Of a stretch of 64,000 nucleotides of DNA, positions 1 through 10,242 are shown piece after piece; position 1 is the first letter of the stretch, and each line of letters starts with the position of its first letter. The notes under the pieces are model-generated. The model was not told where the DNA came from, ran no database searches, and worked only from the letters and a program-made list of their open reading frames with translations. The position numbers and the translations under genes were made by a program. This DNA is from Candidatus Heimdallarchaeota archaeon (GTDB lineage: Archaea; Asgardarchaeota; Heimdallarchaeia; Hodarchaeales; Hodarchaeaceae): assembly GCA_011364965.1 (NCBI GenBank), contig RDOB01000002.1, positions 512,001-576,000 on the forward strand, in the 5' to 3' direction.

Positions 1-525
1 GGTGTTTTAATAGGGCTTACAGGAGTAACAGCCATTGCTGTAATTATAGGAATTATTTTGAAAACAACCTTTGAGTATGAATTACTAAAACCTGTTATTG
101 CAACCCTCTTTATTTTGGGGGGGATTTTACTATTATTTCATGAGATAAAGAACCAGAAAAATGATTCCATTCGTATGTGTCCGGTTTCATTAGAAAAATG
201 TGAAAAATCTAAAGAAAATTGTTCTGAAATCGAAGAATGTGAACTATATTTAGATGAAGTAGTTAGAAAAGGGGCTTTATTTAACTCTGCTGTGATCATG
301 TTTTTTGCTGAATTAGGTGATAAAACAATGCTTATGGGTTTAGGACTCGCTACCCAATTTGATCCTCTCGGGGTTTTTGTAGGTGCAGTTATCGCGTTAG
401 CTTTAATCAATTCAATTGGTGTTTTTATGGGAGACAAAATTGCGCAAAAAGTTCCAAGAAAAATTTTAGGATATGCAAGTGCATTGCTTTTTCTAATTAC
501 AGGGCTCTTCATTTTATTACTTTGA
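1..525 (+). CDS. TMEM165/GDT1 (UPF0016) family Ca2+/Mn2+ antiporter, 5'-partial
   Basis: Frame is open from base 1 (GVLIGLTGVTAIAVIIG...); family motif FFAELGDKT; hydrophobic helices. Confidence 0.9.
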   Translation, partial: GVLIGLTGVTAIAVIIGIILKTTFEYELLKPVIATLFILGGILLLFHEIKNQKNDSIRMCPVSLEKCEKSKENCSEIEECELYLDEVVRKGALFNSAVIMFFAELGDKTMLMGLGLATQFDPLGVFVGAVIALALINSIGVFMGDKIAQKVPRKILGYASALLFLITGLFILLL

Positions 526-545
526 CCATCTTGATAGTAAATAGA

Positions 546-1364
546 TCATTTGGAAATAACTTTAGCCGCTGTTTCCTTTGGAAGAGCAAAAAAACCCGCA
601 AAAATGAATGCTAGAGATACTAGGAATAAGTTAAAGCAAATAAAGTAAATATAAGTTAAATTTGGTTCTTGAAAATGCCAAGGAGCCCAAGCAGCATACG
701 TTAATGCTAGTAATGAAAATCCAAGGGTTAAAAGACGGGCTGAAGACAAATCTAGATCCTTGCTATAATTATAAAAGAGATAAGCTATAATTACGCAAAT
801 CGGGATGAAAAACCAAAATAAAAATCCATACATCGTTTGTTCAATTGAATTTTGATCCAAAACCCATAATAACCTCCATGTAAACCACCCCTCTCCAATC
901 AGGAAGATTAGAAACCCTGGAAGATAAATTAACTTTTTATTATTCGTTAATAACATCATTGTGCCAATTATCATACCTGCTACCCAGAATATCATAGGAT
1001 TTCTCCAAATAAAAAATAAAGCAGGATTATTCATATTTGCTAAATCAAAGGCCAAAGCTTGTAAACAAAGTCCGATAAAAGTGATTCCATATAGAAGGAA
1101 GGAAATTCCCCATATTAACTGGTATTTAGCTGCACTTCGCGGTGGAGATTTTGCAAAATATCTATAGCAGAGATATCCACCAATGGAGAATATTAAGATA
1201 AATGCTGATATCGATGGGCCGAAGAGGACAAAACTTTGTTCTAAGATGGGGATTTCAAATCCCTTTGGTGTGGTTGTGACTGTTATTGCAGATAGAATGT
1301 AAATTATTATCAGTGTAAAGATAAAAAATTTATGTTTTGTAATTGGGTCAGACTTTTGTGACAA
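546..1364 (-). CDS. Hypothetical polytopic membrane protein (7-8 TM)
   Basis: 272 aa ORF with repeated hydrophobic segments; no recognised motif. Confidence 0.7.
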   Translation of the reverse strand: MSQKSDPITKHKFFIFTLIIIYILSAITVTTTPKGFEIPILEQSFVLFGPSISAFILIFSIGGYLCYRYFAKSPPRSAAKYQLIWGISFLLYGITFIGLCLQALAFDLANMNNPALFFIWRNPMIFWVAGMIIGTMMLLTNNKKLIYLPGFLIFLIGEGWFTWRLLWVLDQNSIEQTMYGFLFWFFIPICVIIAYLFYNYSKDLDLSSARLLTLGFSLLALTYAAWAPWHFQEPNLTYIYFICFNLFLVSLAFIFAGFFALPKETAAKVISK

Positions 1365-1485
1365 TTGTATGCCTCAAATTGTCTTCTAACAGGTAATAGG
1401 AAGATTGAAAATAATATTTCGTTTTACAATTAAATTGACTTTATAAAGTTGGCGTCATACAAAGGAAAATAGGTGCGTCAATATT

Positions 1486-2538
1486 TTGACCGATTTAATT
1501 GTGGATTTAAGATCAGATACTGTAACTAAACCCTCTCCAGATATGTGGAATGCCCTCAAATCACTGACTAATGACGATTTAGGTGATGATGTTTTTGGTG
1601 AAGATCCAACAGTTAATGAATTGGAGAAAATTGCTGCAAAGATAACTGGAAAAGAAGCAGCATTATTAGTAACATCTGGGACTCAAGGAAATCTCATTTC
1701 TCTTTTAAGCTCCACTTCTCCTGGAGACGAGATTCTTATAGAAGAACAAAGCCATATTTTCCATTATGAAGTTGGTGGTGCTGCACGGATTGGTGGATTA
1801 ACTTCTCGAACATTCAGCACACTTCGGGGGACTCCTAAACAGGAAAACCTTCAACCTCTTATAAGGGAACGAAATGATCTCCATCAAGCTTGGACAACTT
1901 TACTAGCAGTAGAGAATACGCATAACAAACATGGTGGTACTATTGTTTCCCCATTGGACTTAAAATTACTTAAAGAATTCTGTACAGAGAATGATCTTAA
2001 GTTTCATATGGATGGAGCCCGAATATTCAATGCTGCTGTAGCTTTAGGTATGAAAGTTAAGGATTTTGCTCAATATGTAGATAGCCTCACCTTTTGTTTA
2101 TCCAAAGGATTATCTTGTCCAGTTGGTTCAATTATAGTCGGAGACCTTGAATTTATACAAAAATCAAGGAAATATCGAAAAATGCTTGGAGGAGGTATGA
2201 GACAAGCTGGTATCCTTGCTTCCATGGGTTTAATTGCATTAAAAGCAAACTGGATAAAAAGGCTAGCAGAAGACCATCAAAATGCCAAACTCTTGGCAAA
2301 AGGCCTTCAAGAGTTAACAGGATCGATCATTGCTAATATACCTGAGACCAATATTGTAATTGCTCATTTTGATGAATCGATTCCAATAAACGAATTCGTA
2401 AACTCAATCCGAAAGAAAGGAGTTCTCGTTTTACCAATGGATTCTCATTCAATTCGCTTGGTAACTCATTATGGCATAACAAAAGCTGATATAGATTTTG
2501 CAATTCAAGAAATAGTTGAATCAATAAAATTAATATAG
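1486..2538 (+). CDS. ltaE: Low-specificity L-threonine aldolase (PLP)
   Basis: DLRSDTVT, GDDVFGEDPTV, HMDGARIFNA, CLSKGL (PLP Lys), GGGMRQAG. Confidence 0.93.
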   Translation: MTDLIVDLRSDTVTKPSPDMWNALKSLTNDDLGDDVFGEDPTVNELEKIAAKITGKEAALLVTSGTQGNLISLLSSTSPGDEILIEEQSHIFHYEVGGAARIGGLTSRTFSTLRGTPKQENLQPLIRERNDLHQAWTTLLAVENTHNKHGGTIVSPLDLKLLKEFCTENDLKFHMDGARIFNAAVALGMKVKDFAQYVDSLTFCLSKGLSCPVGSIIVGDLEFIQKSRKYRKMLGGGMRQAGILASMGLIALKANWIKRLAEDHQNAKLLAKGLQELTGSIIANIPETNIVIAHFDESIPINEFVNSIRKKGVLVLPMDSHSIRLVTHYGITKADIDFAIQEIVESIKLI

Positions 2539-2554
2539 AATCACTTAAATTAAA

Positions 2555-3385
2555 TTAACGATTATGCTTTTGGAGAAAATATACGACTTTTTCATTAAAT
2601 TCTAGTGAATTCTCCATGTTAGATGTATGTCCTGCGTTTTTTATAATATCTACTTCACAGATAGGAATCAAATTTTGAATTTTCTCTGCGTGTTTGAATA
2701 TAGATTTTTCTTCAAATTCTCCATTTAATACAAGAGTGGGAACGGTAATTCGAGATAATTTCTGAAGAGTAAAATCATATAAGGATCCAAATACCTTTAA
2801 ATACTCTTTTTTATCTAATTTAAGCATCTGATTTCGTTCGTATTCAACGATTTCCTCATTTCCAATCCATTCTTTACTTCTTGTTGATTTTGCTAGCCAG
2901 AAAGAGAATTTAATGAATCTATGAACTCCCAGTAATCGTAAAGTTAGTAACATTATCCATTTTGGCCCAACTAGATATCGCATAAAATAATCCCAAGTCG
3001 TTAGGGTTATTGTCGCAGCTGTATCTGCTAGAATTAGTCCAGACAATTTGTCTGGATATTTTGTTGCGTAAACTTGAGCAATCATTCCTCCTAAACTTAA
3101 TCCACATATTATTGGTTTTTTGATATTTAATTCAGTGAGGAGGCCATACAAGTCATCTGCATAAAGTTCTACTGAGTATTTCTTTAAAGAGGATCCCCCT
3201 GTTTTTCCATGCCCCCTAATATCGTATATTAGCGTTTGGTAATCATTAGAGAAAAATTTTACCTGTGATTCCCACATAGAAGAACTAACAAATGCTCCAT
3301 GGATGAATACAAATGTTTGCCCTTTTCCTTGAACATCATAATTAACATTGAGGTCTCTAACTTGAATGTATGGCATATTTATCAA
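2555..3385 (-). CDS. Alpha/beta hydrolase
   Basis: FIHG, YDIRGHG, nucleophile GLSLGG, NAGH catalytic His. Confidence 0.9.
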   Translation of the reverse strand: MINMPYIQVRDLNVNYDVQGKGQTFVFIHGAFVSSSMWESQVKFFSNDYQTLIYDIRGHGKTGGSSLKKYSVELYADDLYGLLTELNIKKPIICGLSLGGMIAQVYATKYPDKLSGLILADTAATITLTTWDYFMRYLVGPKWIMLLTLRLLGVHRFIKFSFWLAKSTRSKEWIGNEEIVEYERNQMLKLDKKEYLKVFGSLYDFTLQKLSRITVPTLVLNGEFEEKSIFKHAEKIQNLIPICEVDIIKNAGHTSNMENSLEFNEKVVYFLQKHNR

Positions 3386-3477
3386 CTTTAAGATTGATTC
3401 TTATTTTAAAATCAATGGATTTTATTCCTTGTCAATACAGAGTTTCATAGAAACAAGAGATTCATGATTCAAAAAAG

Positions 3478-4737
3478 CTATTTTAGTAAGTATTCAATAT
3501 AATTCTTTTTATATTTAAATTTCTGTTTTTTAGCGACGCGTGATAATAATTTACTAGTACAGCTGCCAAATTGAGTTGCTTTATTATTTTGAAAAGCAAT
3601 TTTCGGTGGTAATCCCAAACTTTCACCCATTCTTCTCCAAATGTACTTTTTAATCCCATTATTGACCTTTAACAACGTTGGGAGATTCAATGCAATTTTG
3701 TATAATTCCGAGCAAATAAAAGGTGCTTTCATATCGCATTTGAAGTATGATGCCAAGCGATAATCCTTATACAAATCACGAGTATAAATAGTATCGAATT
3801 TTTCTTTAGAAATTTCTTCAAGTGTTTTGTTTGGATCTAAATGTCGTGCTTCTAAGGAAAATCCCATAAATAATTCTTCTGTACCTATTGCAGTAAGAAT
3901 TACATCAGATTTATCGAATACGGCCTTTTTAATACCATGGTAAAGAACTATGGCAACTTCCAGAAGTACAACACGAGGAACTGTCTTTACAATGTTACTA
4001 AAGAAACCTGTTTGTACAATCTGTTCAATCTCAAATAGGGAATCTTCGATCATGGATTCGGATAATGGAACTAATTTTAACTCAATACCAAGTAAATTAG
4101 CATTTATTTTGGCAGCAATTACATCGTGCGATTTTAAATCTCCCACCACATATCCAATAAAAGGTATATTATTTCTTTTTAATATTTGAGCAATAATTGA
4201 TGAATCTACACCTCCTGAATATAACAGTGAAATTTTTTGGTAACCTTTGATGGATTTAAGAACGGTTGCTTCACTAACTTGAGCTAGTAATTGTACAATT
4301 TGTTTTTCGTCAACAAATGTCGCTTTGTGATTTATAGGAAGTTTATCAATAATTTGAACTTGTGTAGATTTCATATTGATTTTAACATAAAGACTAGGAT
4401 TCAAGAGAGAATATTTAATCTTGATTTTGCCATTTAAATCAGTTGTAATCTGGAATTTTCTGTTTGAAGAATACCAAAATAGCGGAATTTTTCCAAATCG
4501 GTCTGTTAATATGAAGAGATGCTCCCCCTTAGAAAAAACCAATATAAACGGTTCAGATATGGTGGAAAGCTTACTAATAATATCATTTTTTCCAAACCTT
4601 AAAATATTGAGAAGCTCTTCGTGGATATTCTTATGAGAATAGATATAAAAGCCTTGTAAAACCTCTCCAATATTATAAAAAAGGTTAATTCCCTCTTCCA
4701 TCTCCCATTTCTGGGAATATTCCGTTTTTGATGCCAC
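3478..4737 (-). CDS. Asparagine synthase-related PP-loop protein
   Basis: TDRFGKIPLF, SGGVDSS PP-loop, GTEELFMG, KYIWR; no N-terminal Ntn Cys. Confidence 0.75.
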   Translation of the reverse strand: MASKTEYSQKWEMEEGINLFYNIGEVLQGFYIYSHKNIHEELLNILRFGKNDIISKLSTISEPFILVFSKGEHLFILTDRFGKIPLFWYSSNRKFQITTDLNGKIKIKYSLLNPSLYVKINMKSTQVQIIDKLPINHKATFVDEKQIVQLLAQVSEATVLKSIKGYQKISLLYSGGVDSSIIAQILKRNNIPFIGYVVGDLKSHDVIAAKINANLLGIELKLVPLSESMIEDSLFEIEQIVQTGFFSNIVKTVPRVVLLEVAIVLYHGIKKAVFDKSDVILTAIGTEELFMGFSLEARHLDPNKTLEEISKEKFDTIYTRDLYKDYRLASYFKCDMKAPFICSELYKIALNLPTLLKVNNGIKKYIWRRMGESLGLPPKIAFQNNKATQFGSCTSKLLSRVAKKQKFKYKKNYIEYLLK

Positions 4738-4757
4738 TGTGAAGTTGGATAGAAAAA

Positions 4758-5111
4758 TTACTCCTCACCAGATTTTTCAAAACTATATCGTGTTGCTACG
4801 ATATCTATAATAACACCATATGCAATACCAGCAAAAAAACTTAGAATATCTCTAAATTCTGATGTGAAAAAAATTGCAGATGTGACTAATAATCCTAATA
4901 TTGCTCCTCGAATAATTACATTCGAATAATTCTTAGCAAATGTTAAATCACTTGCGAAACCGATCATTAGACCCATAATTACTCGATTATACCACATAGC
5001 GAATAAGAATATCTCATTTCCTTGGTAACCAATTCTCAAGCCTATCCCAATAATACATAGAATTCCTAAGATAACACCCAGCCCTGTACTGATTATTAAA
5101 CGTCTATTCAT
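4758..5111 (-). CDS. Small 4-TM membrane protein
   Basis: 117 aa, four hydrophobic helices, WYNRVIMG motif. Confidence 0.75.
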   Translation of the reverse strand: MNRRLIISTGLGVILGILCIIGIGLRIGYQGNEIFLFAMWYNRVIMGLMIGFASDLTFAKNYSNVIIRGAILGLLVTSAIFFTSEFRDILSFFAGIAYGVIIDIVATRYSFEKSGEE

Positions 5112-5178
5112 GGTTAACTGCCCCAGTGGAAGTTATATGTCTTTATTTTTGAATTTTTTTCAATTAGATCCGACAGTT

Positions 5179-6132
5179 TTATTTATAAACCTCATTGAAT
5201 CGTGATAAAATCTCATCTTCTAAAGGCATAGAATTTTGAGCTCCTCGACGAGTAACTGCAATAGATGCAGCAGTATTTGCATATTTTGCAGCAGTGAATA
5301 TGTCATAACCTTTAACCACATAACTAGTAAGTACTCCATTGAAGCAATCTCCTGCACCAACAGTGTCGACTGGATTTACTTTAATCCCAGAAATAAGGCT
5401 AGCTTTCCCGCTTTTGGCCTGATAAACAAAACACCCTCTTTGTCCAAGAGTAGTAATAACATTTTCAACCCCAATTCTCGAAATATCTCTTGAAATGGAG
5501 ATTAATGCGTTTTCATCAAGTAAATTTGGATTGTTTAATCCTAATGAAGAATGGAGTTCGAGTAGCTCATTTTCATTAGGAGTAATAATTTTTAATTTTT
5601 TCAATATTTCTTCTGGTATAGGTTTAAAAGGAGCTGGATTTAAAATCGAAAGTGTAGAATCTTTCGTGTTATTAAATATTTCAGTAATGATATCCATATG
5701 GATTTCCATTTGTACAACAACAGCAGATGCGTCTTCAATAATCGTTTTTATATTAAAAATTTCTTTCAGTGATACTAATGCATTTGCTCCAGGGGCAACA
5801 CTTATCATATTCTGCCCTTGAGCATCTAATAATATAAAAGCCACACCACTCGGATTTGTTTGATCTATTATAATATTTTTTACATCTATACTTTCTTTTT
5901 TGAGATTAGAAATCATTTGGTTCCCAAAATTATCATTTCCTACCCTTCCTATGAACTTTACTTTACTACCTGACCTAGCAGCCGCAACTGCTTGATTTGC
6001 ACCTTTACCTCCAAAAGATTGAGTAAATTTGCCTCCTGTGACCGTTTCGCCAGGTTTGGGAAACCTTTTTGAATAAATGTTTAAGTCTATATTACTAGAA
6101 CCGATAATAAGTATGTATGGATCGTTCTTCAT
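5179..6132 (-). CDS. rbsK: Ribokinase (PfkB family)
   Basis: GSSNIDL, GGKGANQAVAAAR, TPNENE, VDTVGAGDCFNG. Confidence 0.92.
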   Translation of the reverse strand: MKNDPYILIIGSSNIDLNIYSKRFPKPGETVTGGKFTQSFGGKGANQAVAAARSGSKVKFIGRVGNDNFGNQMISNLKKESIDVKNIIIDQTNPSGVAFILLDAQGQNMISVAPGANALVSLKEIFNIKTIIEDASAVVVQMEIHMDIITEIFNNTKDSTLSILNPAPFKPIPEEILKKLKIITPNENELLELHSSLGLNNPNLLDENALISISRDISRIGVENVITTLGQRGCFVYQAKSGKASLISGIKVNPVDTVGAGDCFNGVLTSYVVKGYDIFTAAKYANTAASIAVTRRGAQNSMPLEDEILSRFNEVYK

Positions 6133-6399
6133 TGTAGAATACTATATTTTTCCTATCAGATAATAATTTTATGGAGCTCGTCCGACACAGGGTTTAAAAA
6201 AAGGCATATATTTAGGAATTTAACCTATGACAAGGGGAGGATCCAAAACGCCTAAAGTAATAACAAACTGTCATGTCTGTTAGATATTATGTCATATTAG
6301 CATTGAAATCAATTATTGGTGAACCTTAAATAAGTAACAGAAAGCAAAATTCTTATTTTTCTAGGTCAATAGTAATTTTACATCAAGATAGTTGAAAAT

Positions 6400-6858
6400 A
6401 TGATGACATTGATAAGAAGAGCAGTAGGTGCTATAATTCAATATAAAACGCAATATATCCTCATACATAAGGTTAAACTAATGGAATTGGCAGAAACACC
6501 AAGGGAAATAGAGGGAGAATGGGATTTTGTAAAAGGAGGAGTGGAACAAAGCGACATCAGTCTAAATGAGACTTTGTTCAGGGAGTTAGAAGAAGAAACG
6601 GGTTCAATTCAATATACTATTTTAAAAAAATATCCTGAAAAACTTCGATTTCAATTTTCTAAACAGGTAGAGGGTTTAACTCATCAAGAAACGACAATGT
6701 ATTTAGTGAAATATATCGGTCATTTGAGGGATTTGCAACCACGAGATCAAGAGATTGATCAAATTGGGGTTTTCTCTGTGAATGAAGTTATTGAGAAGCT
6801 AGCGCATACAGAAACAAAACAATTCTTCCTAAATAACATCTTAGTCAAAGAAAAATAA
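6400..6858 (+). CDS. Nudix hydrolase
   Basis: Nudix box KGGVEQSD..LFRELEEETG. Confidence 0.88.
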   Translation: MMTLIRRAVGAIIQYKTQYILIHKVKLMELAETPREIEGEWDFVKGGVEQSDISLNETLFRELEEETGSIQYTILKKYPEKLRFQFSKQVEGLTHQETTMYLVKYIGHLRDLQPRDQEIDQIGVFSVNEVIEKLAHTETKQFFLNNILVKEK

Positions 6859-6882
6859 GATGTGATCACTTAACGATCAGTT

Positions 6883-7506
6883 TTAGAATGTATATCCTAT
6901 ATCTTTTACTACGTAATTATACCATTTTAACTGATAACCGACAATTACTGGTAATTTTGATAGAGACACCCAGAACAGTTTAAATTTATGGTTATCACCA
7001 AAAACTTCCCATTCCTCCTGAACTGCTTCATTAGACCATACATGGAAAAAATGTTGTATCGATGTTTTTGCCAAGATTCTAGTCGGAACCCATCCTGTTA
7101 TTTGGTAAGTAATATATTTAGGGTGGGGAAATTTGTCATACTCAATATAGGTAACTTGGGTGAAGTTCACATGAGAACGTTGCGAAGTCACAGTAATTCC
7201 TTTCCTGAAATTGACCCAATTAAAGCTGGTTAAATCAGGACGGGAATAAACATTAGATTTTTCGCTAATAAGATATTCATTCTCCCTGGTCTTACTTTCA
7301 AGAGATCCTATATATTGTTTAATCTCAATGTCGTTCAATCCTGTTTCTTCATATATCTCTCTCATTAAAGCTTCTTCTACAGTTTCATTTGCTTCAATAG
7401 TTCCTGAGGGAAATTGGATGCCTGCATAAGGATGCTGAAGTACAAGGATTTCCTTGGTATTATCTTTTTCTCGTGCAATAAACGCAGTAACTTTCCCAAT
7501 AGCCAT
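6883..7506 (-). CDS. Nudix hydrolase with inserted beta domain
   Basis: PSGTIEANETVEEALMREIYEETG; ATG at 7506 preceded by GAGGAGG SD. Confidence 0.85.
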   Translation of the reverse strand: MAIGKVTAFIAREKDNTKEILVLQHPYAGIQFPSGTIEANETVEEALMREIYEETGLNDIEIKQYIGSLESKTRENEYLISEKSNVYSRPDLTSFNWVNFRKGITVTSQRSHVNFTQVTYIEYDKFPHPKYITYQITGWVPTRILAKTSIQHFFHVWSNEAVQEEWEVFGDNHKFKLFWVSLSKLPVIVGYQLKWYNYVVKDIGYTF

Positions 7507-7781
7507 GCTATTAATAACCTCCTCTAAATTGGTAAATAATATCACATAAGAGAAAGAATTAGAAAGTATATGGTATTATTCTTTTAATAATAATTTCTGT
7601 GATGGCAAGACAAGGGATTATTCTACTTAGTAAAGTGGAAAAATTACCGAAAAAACTACCAAAGCAATTGCATGGACTTCTAGGCTGGAACCAGAGGAAT
7701 ACAATCCTATTATTGAAACATAATTGTGAATTGGTGTGCACGCAAAATTACTTTTAAAAGAGGTATTGTTTTTTAATTTCT

Positions 7782-9842
7782 TTATCTTTCATCATCCTTG
7801 TAAAAGTCTAACTCTTCTCCAAGAAAATGATGGAGGAACCAACGATAGTTTTGTGTCAGAATAGCGTAATTTTCTCTAGGTTTATTGATACTATGCCCCA
7901 TTTCAGGAAATACAAATAACTCTGTCTGAACTCCTTTTTCTTTGAGAGCTCTATAGAGCATTTTTGAGCTGTATAATGGGACTCTTTCATCAATTTCGCC
8001 ATGTTGTAATAACATTGGAGTATTAGAATTCTCTAATCCAGTAATAGGTGCTGTTTTCTCGAAAATTTCATCCATTCCATTTTCAAAGGGAGCTCCGCTT
8101 CGATATGTCTTAGAACCAGAGAAAGGGATTGAATATCTCATATCTGAACCATAAAAGTATATTACCCAGCTAGAAAGAGTTGAACAACCACTTGCAGCAC
8201 AAAACCGATTTGAATGCATTGCTGCAAACGCACTGATATAAGCTCCCTGACTTCCTCCACATATACCTATCTTTGTTTCATCAATATACCCGAGATTAAT
8301 AAGATGATCAATAGCTGATTCTAAATCCCATAGATCTCCGACTCCAACATTATTAACAAGGAGTTCTTTAAATGCTTGTCCCTTTCCCAAAGACCCCCGA
8401 TAGTTTATTTTAAGGACAAGAATGTCTTTAATAGAAAATTGGACAACTGGATAATAAAATTGATCCATTCCTTCCAGAAGAACATTAGCAGATGCTGCGT
8501 GTGGTCCACCATGTATATTGAATAAAATAGGATATTTTTTGGTATGATCAAAATTTGATGGTTTCCTTAAAATACCTTCGATTTCCGTTCCATCTTTGCT
8601 TGTCCATTTTATAGATTCTACTGTACCCAAATCCCAATTTTCAACCGTTTTATTAAAATCGGTCAATTGTGTTAATTCTCTTCCTCGTGTTGTTAAACGA
8701 CTTAAATAAACATCATTTATTGAAGTCGAAGAGACACCAGGAAAGCTCACATCTCCAGCATCATTAACATGAAACCAATAATCTGGCATAAACCCCTCTA
8801 AATCTATTTCCTCTATTTTACCATTCTCTGATAACTTTGCTATCACTTTTCTACTCTCTTTCCAAAAGATAAAATAGATACCAGCTTTAGTCCAATAAAT
8901 TCGGTTGGTTAATGGATCATGATCAAATTTATCAGTCAAACAAATCATATGATCTTGACAATTAGGTTTCTCAAGATCTGAATGAGAAAGAATCCATAAA
9001 TCTGCTTGAGTAAAATCACGATTATCACGTTTTTTACTAAGAATAAGAAGTTTAGAGCCATCTGGAGAAACAGCAACAATTTTAGCTCCTTGAGGGAGAT
9101 TGAGTTGTGAAATAATTGGCACCTGATTAGGTTCAGAAGAGATTATTCCTGATTTAAATTGAATCTGAAAATTACTTGCATCATATTCGAACACGAGATC
9201 ATCCTTGCAACGACAATTCAAGAATATCATATCATTATTTGGTGAAGGAACTATTGAAACAATTTTTACAGTTTCAGGAAGAAATTTACCTAAATCAATG
9301 ATAGCTTCATTAAAAGTATTTTTTAACAGTTGTTGGCGTTTGATTTTAGTTGCATTTATATAGAAAGCAGAGGATGTGCTTTTTTCTTCTTCAACATGAA
9401 TAAAATTGCCAAACTTCTCTTTTCGATTTTTTCTTTCTTGATTCAAATTATTAGCTAGATACACAAAGCCTTCAGCAAATGGAAAAAAATCCTCTATTCC
9501 CCCTTCATGAGCAGTAACCTGAAGTCCCTCTCCAATAAGGTTTTCAAAAATAAATATTTGAAATTCATTGTTTTTATTTGCTTTCATAACTGCTATTGTC
9601 TCTTCATCTAGCCAATGAAATGTAAAAGGTCTTCCTGTTCTCGTTAGATAATAAGAAGAAGATTTAGCGACGTCATAGATCTGAAGATAAATATCTAATT
9701 TATTCTCAGACAAATTCATTGTTCCACTCCGAAAAGCTACTTTTGATCCTGTAACATTTACTTTTACGTCCCCAACTAATGGTAATAGAAGAATATCCTT
9801 GATTGTTGGTCTGTACTTTTCGGTTATGTGATTATCATCCAT
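7782..9842 (-). CDS. S9 family peptidase (acylaminoacyl/dipeptidyl peptidase)
   Basis: N-terminal beta-propeller-like region; HGGP, NYRGS, GGSQG nucleophile, HGEIDERVP, GH. Confidence 0.9.
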   Translation of the reverse strand: MDDNHITEKYRPTIKDILLLPLVGDVKVNVTGSKVAFRSGTMNLSENKLDIYLQIYDVAKSSSYYLTRTGRPFTFHWLDEETIAVMKANKNNEFQIFIFENLIGEGLQVTAHEGGIEDFFPFAEGFVYLANNLNQERKNRKEKFGNFIHVEEEKSTSSAFYINATKIKRQQLLKNTFNEAIIDLGKFLPETVKIVSIVPSPNNDMIFLNCRCKDDLVFEYDASNFQIQFKSGIISSEPNQVPIISQLNLPQGAKIVAVSPDGSKLLILSKKRDNRDFTQADLWILSHSDLEKPNCQDHMICLTDKFDHDPLTNRIYWTKAGIYFIFWKESRKVIAKLSENGKIEEIDLEGFMPDYWFHVNDAGDVSFPGVSSTSINDVYLSRLTTRGRELTQLTDFNKTVENWDLGTVESIKWTSKDGTEIEGILRKPSNFDHTKKYPILFNIHGGPHAASANVLLEGMDQFYYPVVQFSIKDILVLKINYRGSLGKGQAFKELLVNNVGVGDLWDLESAIDHLINLGYIDETKIGICGGSQGAYISAFAAMHSNRFCAASGCSTLSSWVIYFYGSDMRYSIPFSGSKTYRSGAPFENGMDEIFEKTAPITGLENSNTPMLLQHGEIDERVPLYSSKMLYRALKEKGVQTELFVFPEMGHSINKPRENYAILTQNYRWFLHHFLGEELDFYKDDER

Positions 9843-10155
9843 ATTTTATCATTTCCATCAGTAAAAATAATAGTATTAAATTGAATCAAATAGCAGATAA
9901 ATGAATTTATAAAGGAGATTCTTGTGGTAAAACTTTCTAGCTAAACCTATAAACCATTCAGTTAATTATAATTCAGGTTATAAGGAATAATATACAAATT
10001 AGCTTTGGACCTGATATTTTTCGCTGATTTCATCTCCACTGTATTATGTAAAAGTAAATAAATTATAAGAGAGTACGATAATCATAGCTCAAAGCATTTG
10101 ACAATTTATTAAAGACAGATCTAGAGAAGATAAAAAATAAGGAATTCTCAGTGTC

Positions 10156-10182
10156 GTCAAAGTTTCATTTTGCGACTTTGAC
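10156..10182. other. Perfect 8-bp inverted repeat GTCAAAGT-N11-ACTTTGAC (terminator or operator)
   Basis: Read directly; about 60 nt downstream of the 10243 stop. Confidence 0.4.
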
Positions 10183-10242
10183 AAGTTATATATTATAAAC
10201 AGGGTATTCTAAGTACATCGTTCTATTAGAATCTACTAAGAA

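Noticed and set aside
546-1364. Possible rhodopsin or GPCR-like 7TM protein
   Set aside because: No retinal-binding Lys within the last helix and no recognisable family motif
6170-6290. Short inverted repeats (TTTAGG/CCTAAA, ATGACA/TGTCAT) suggesting an RNA
   Set aside because: Only 6-bp stems in AT-rich DNA, expected by chance; no tRNA or riboswitch consensus
7559-7760. 60-aa minus-strand ORF or degraded plus-strand fragment
   Set aside because: No recognisable homology or start context
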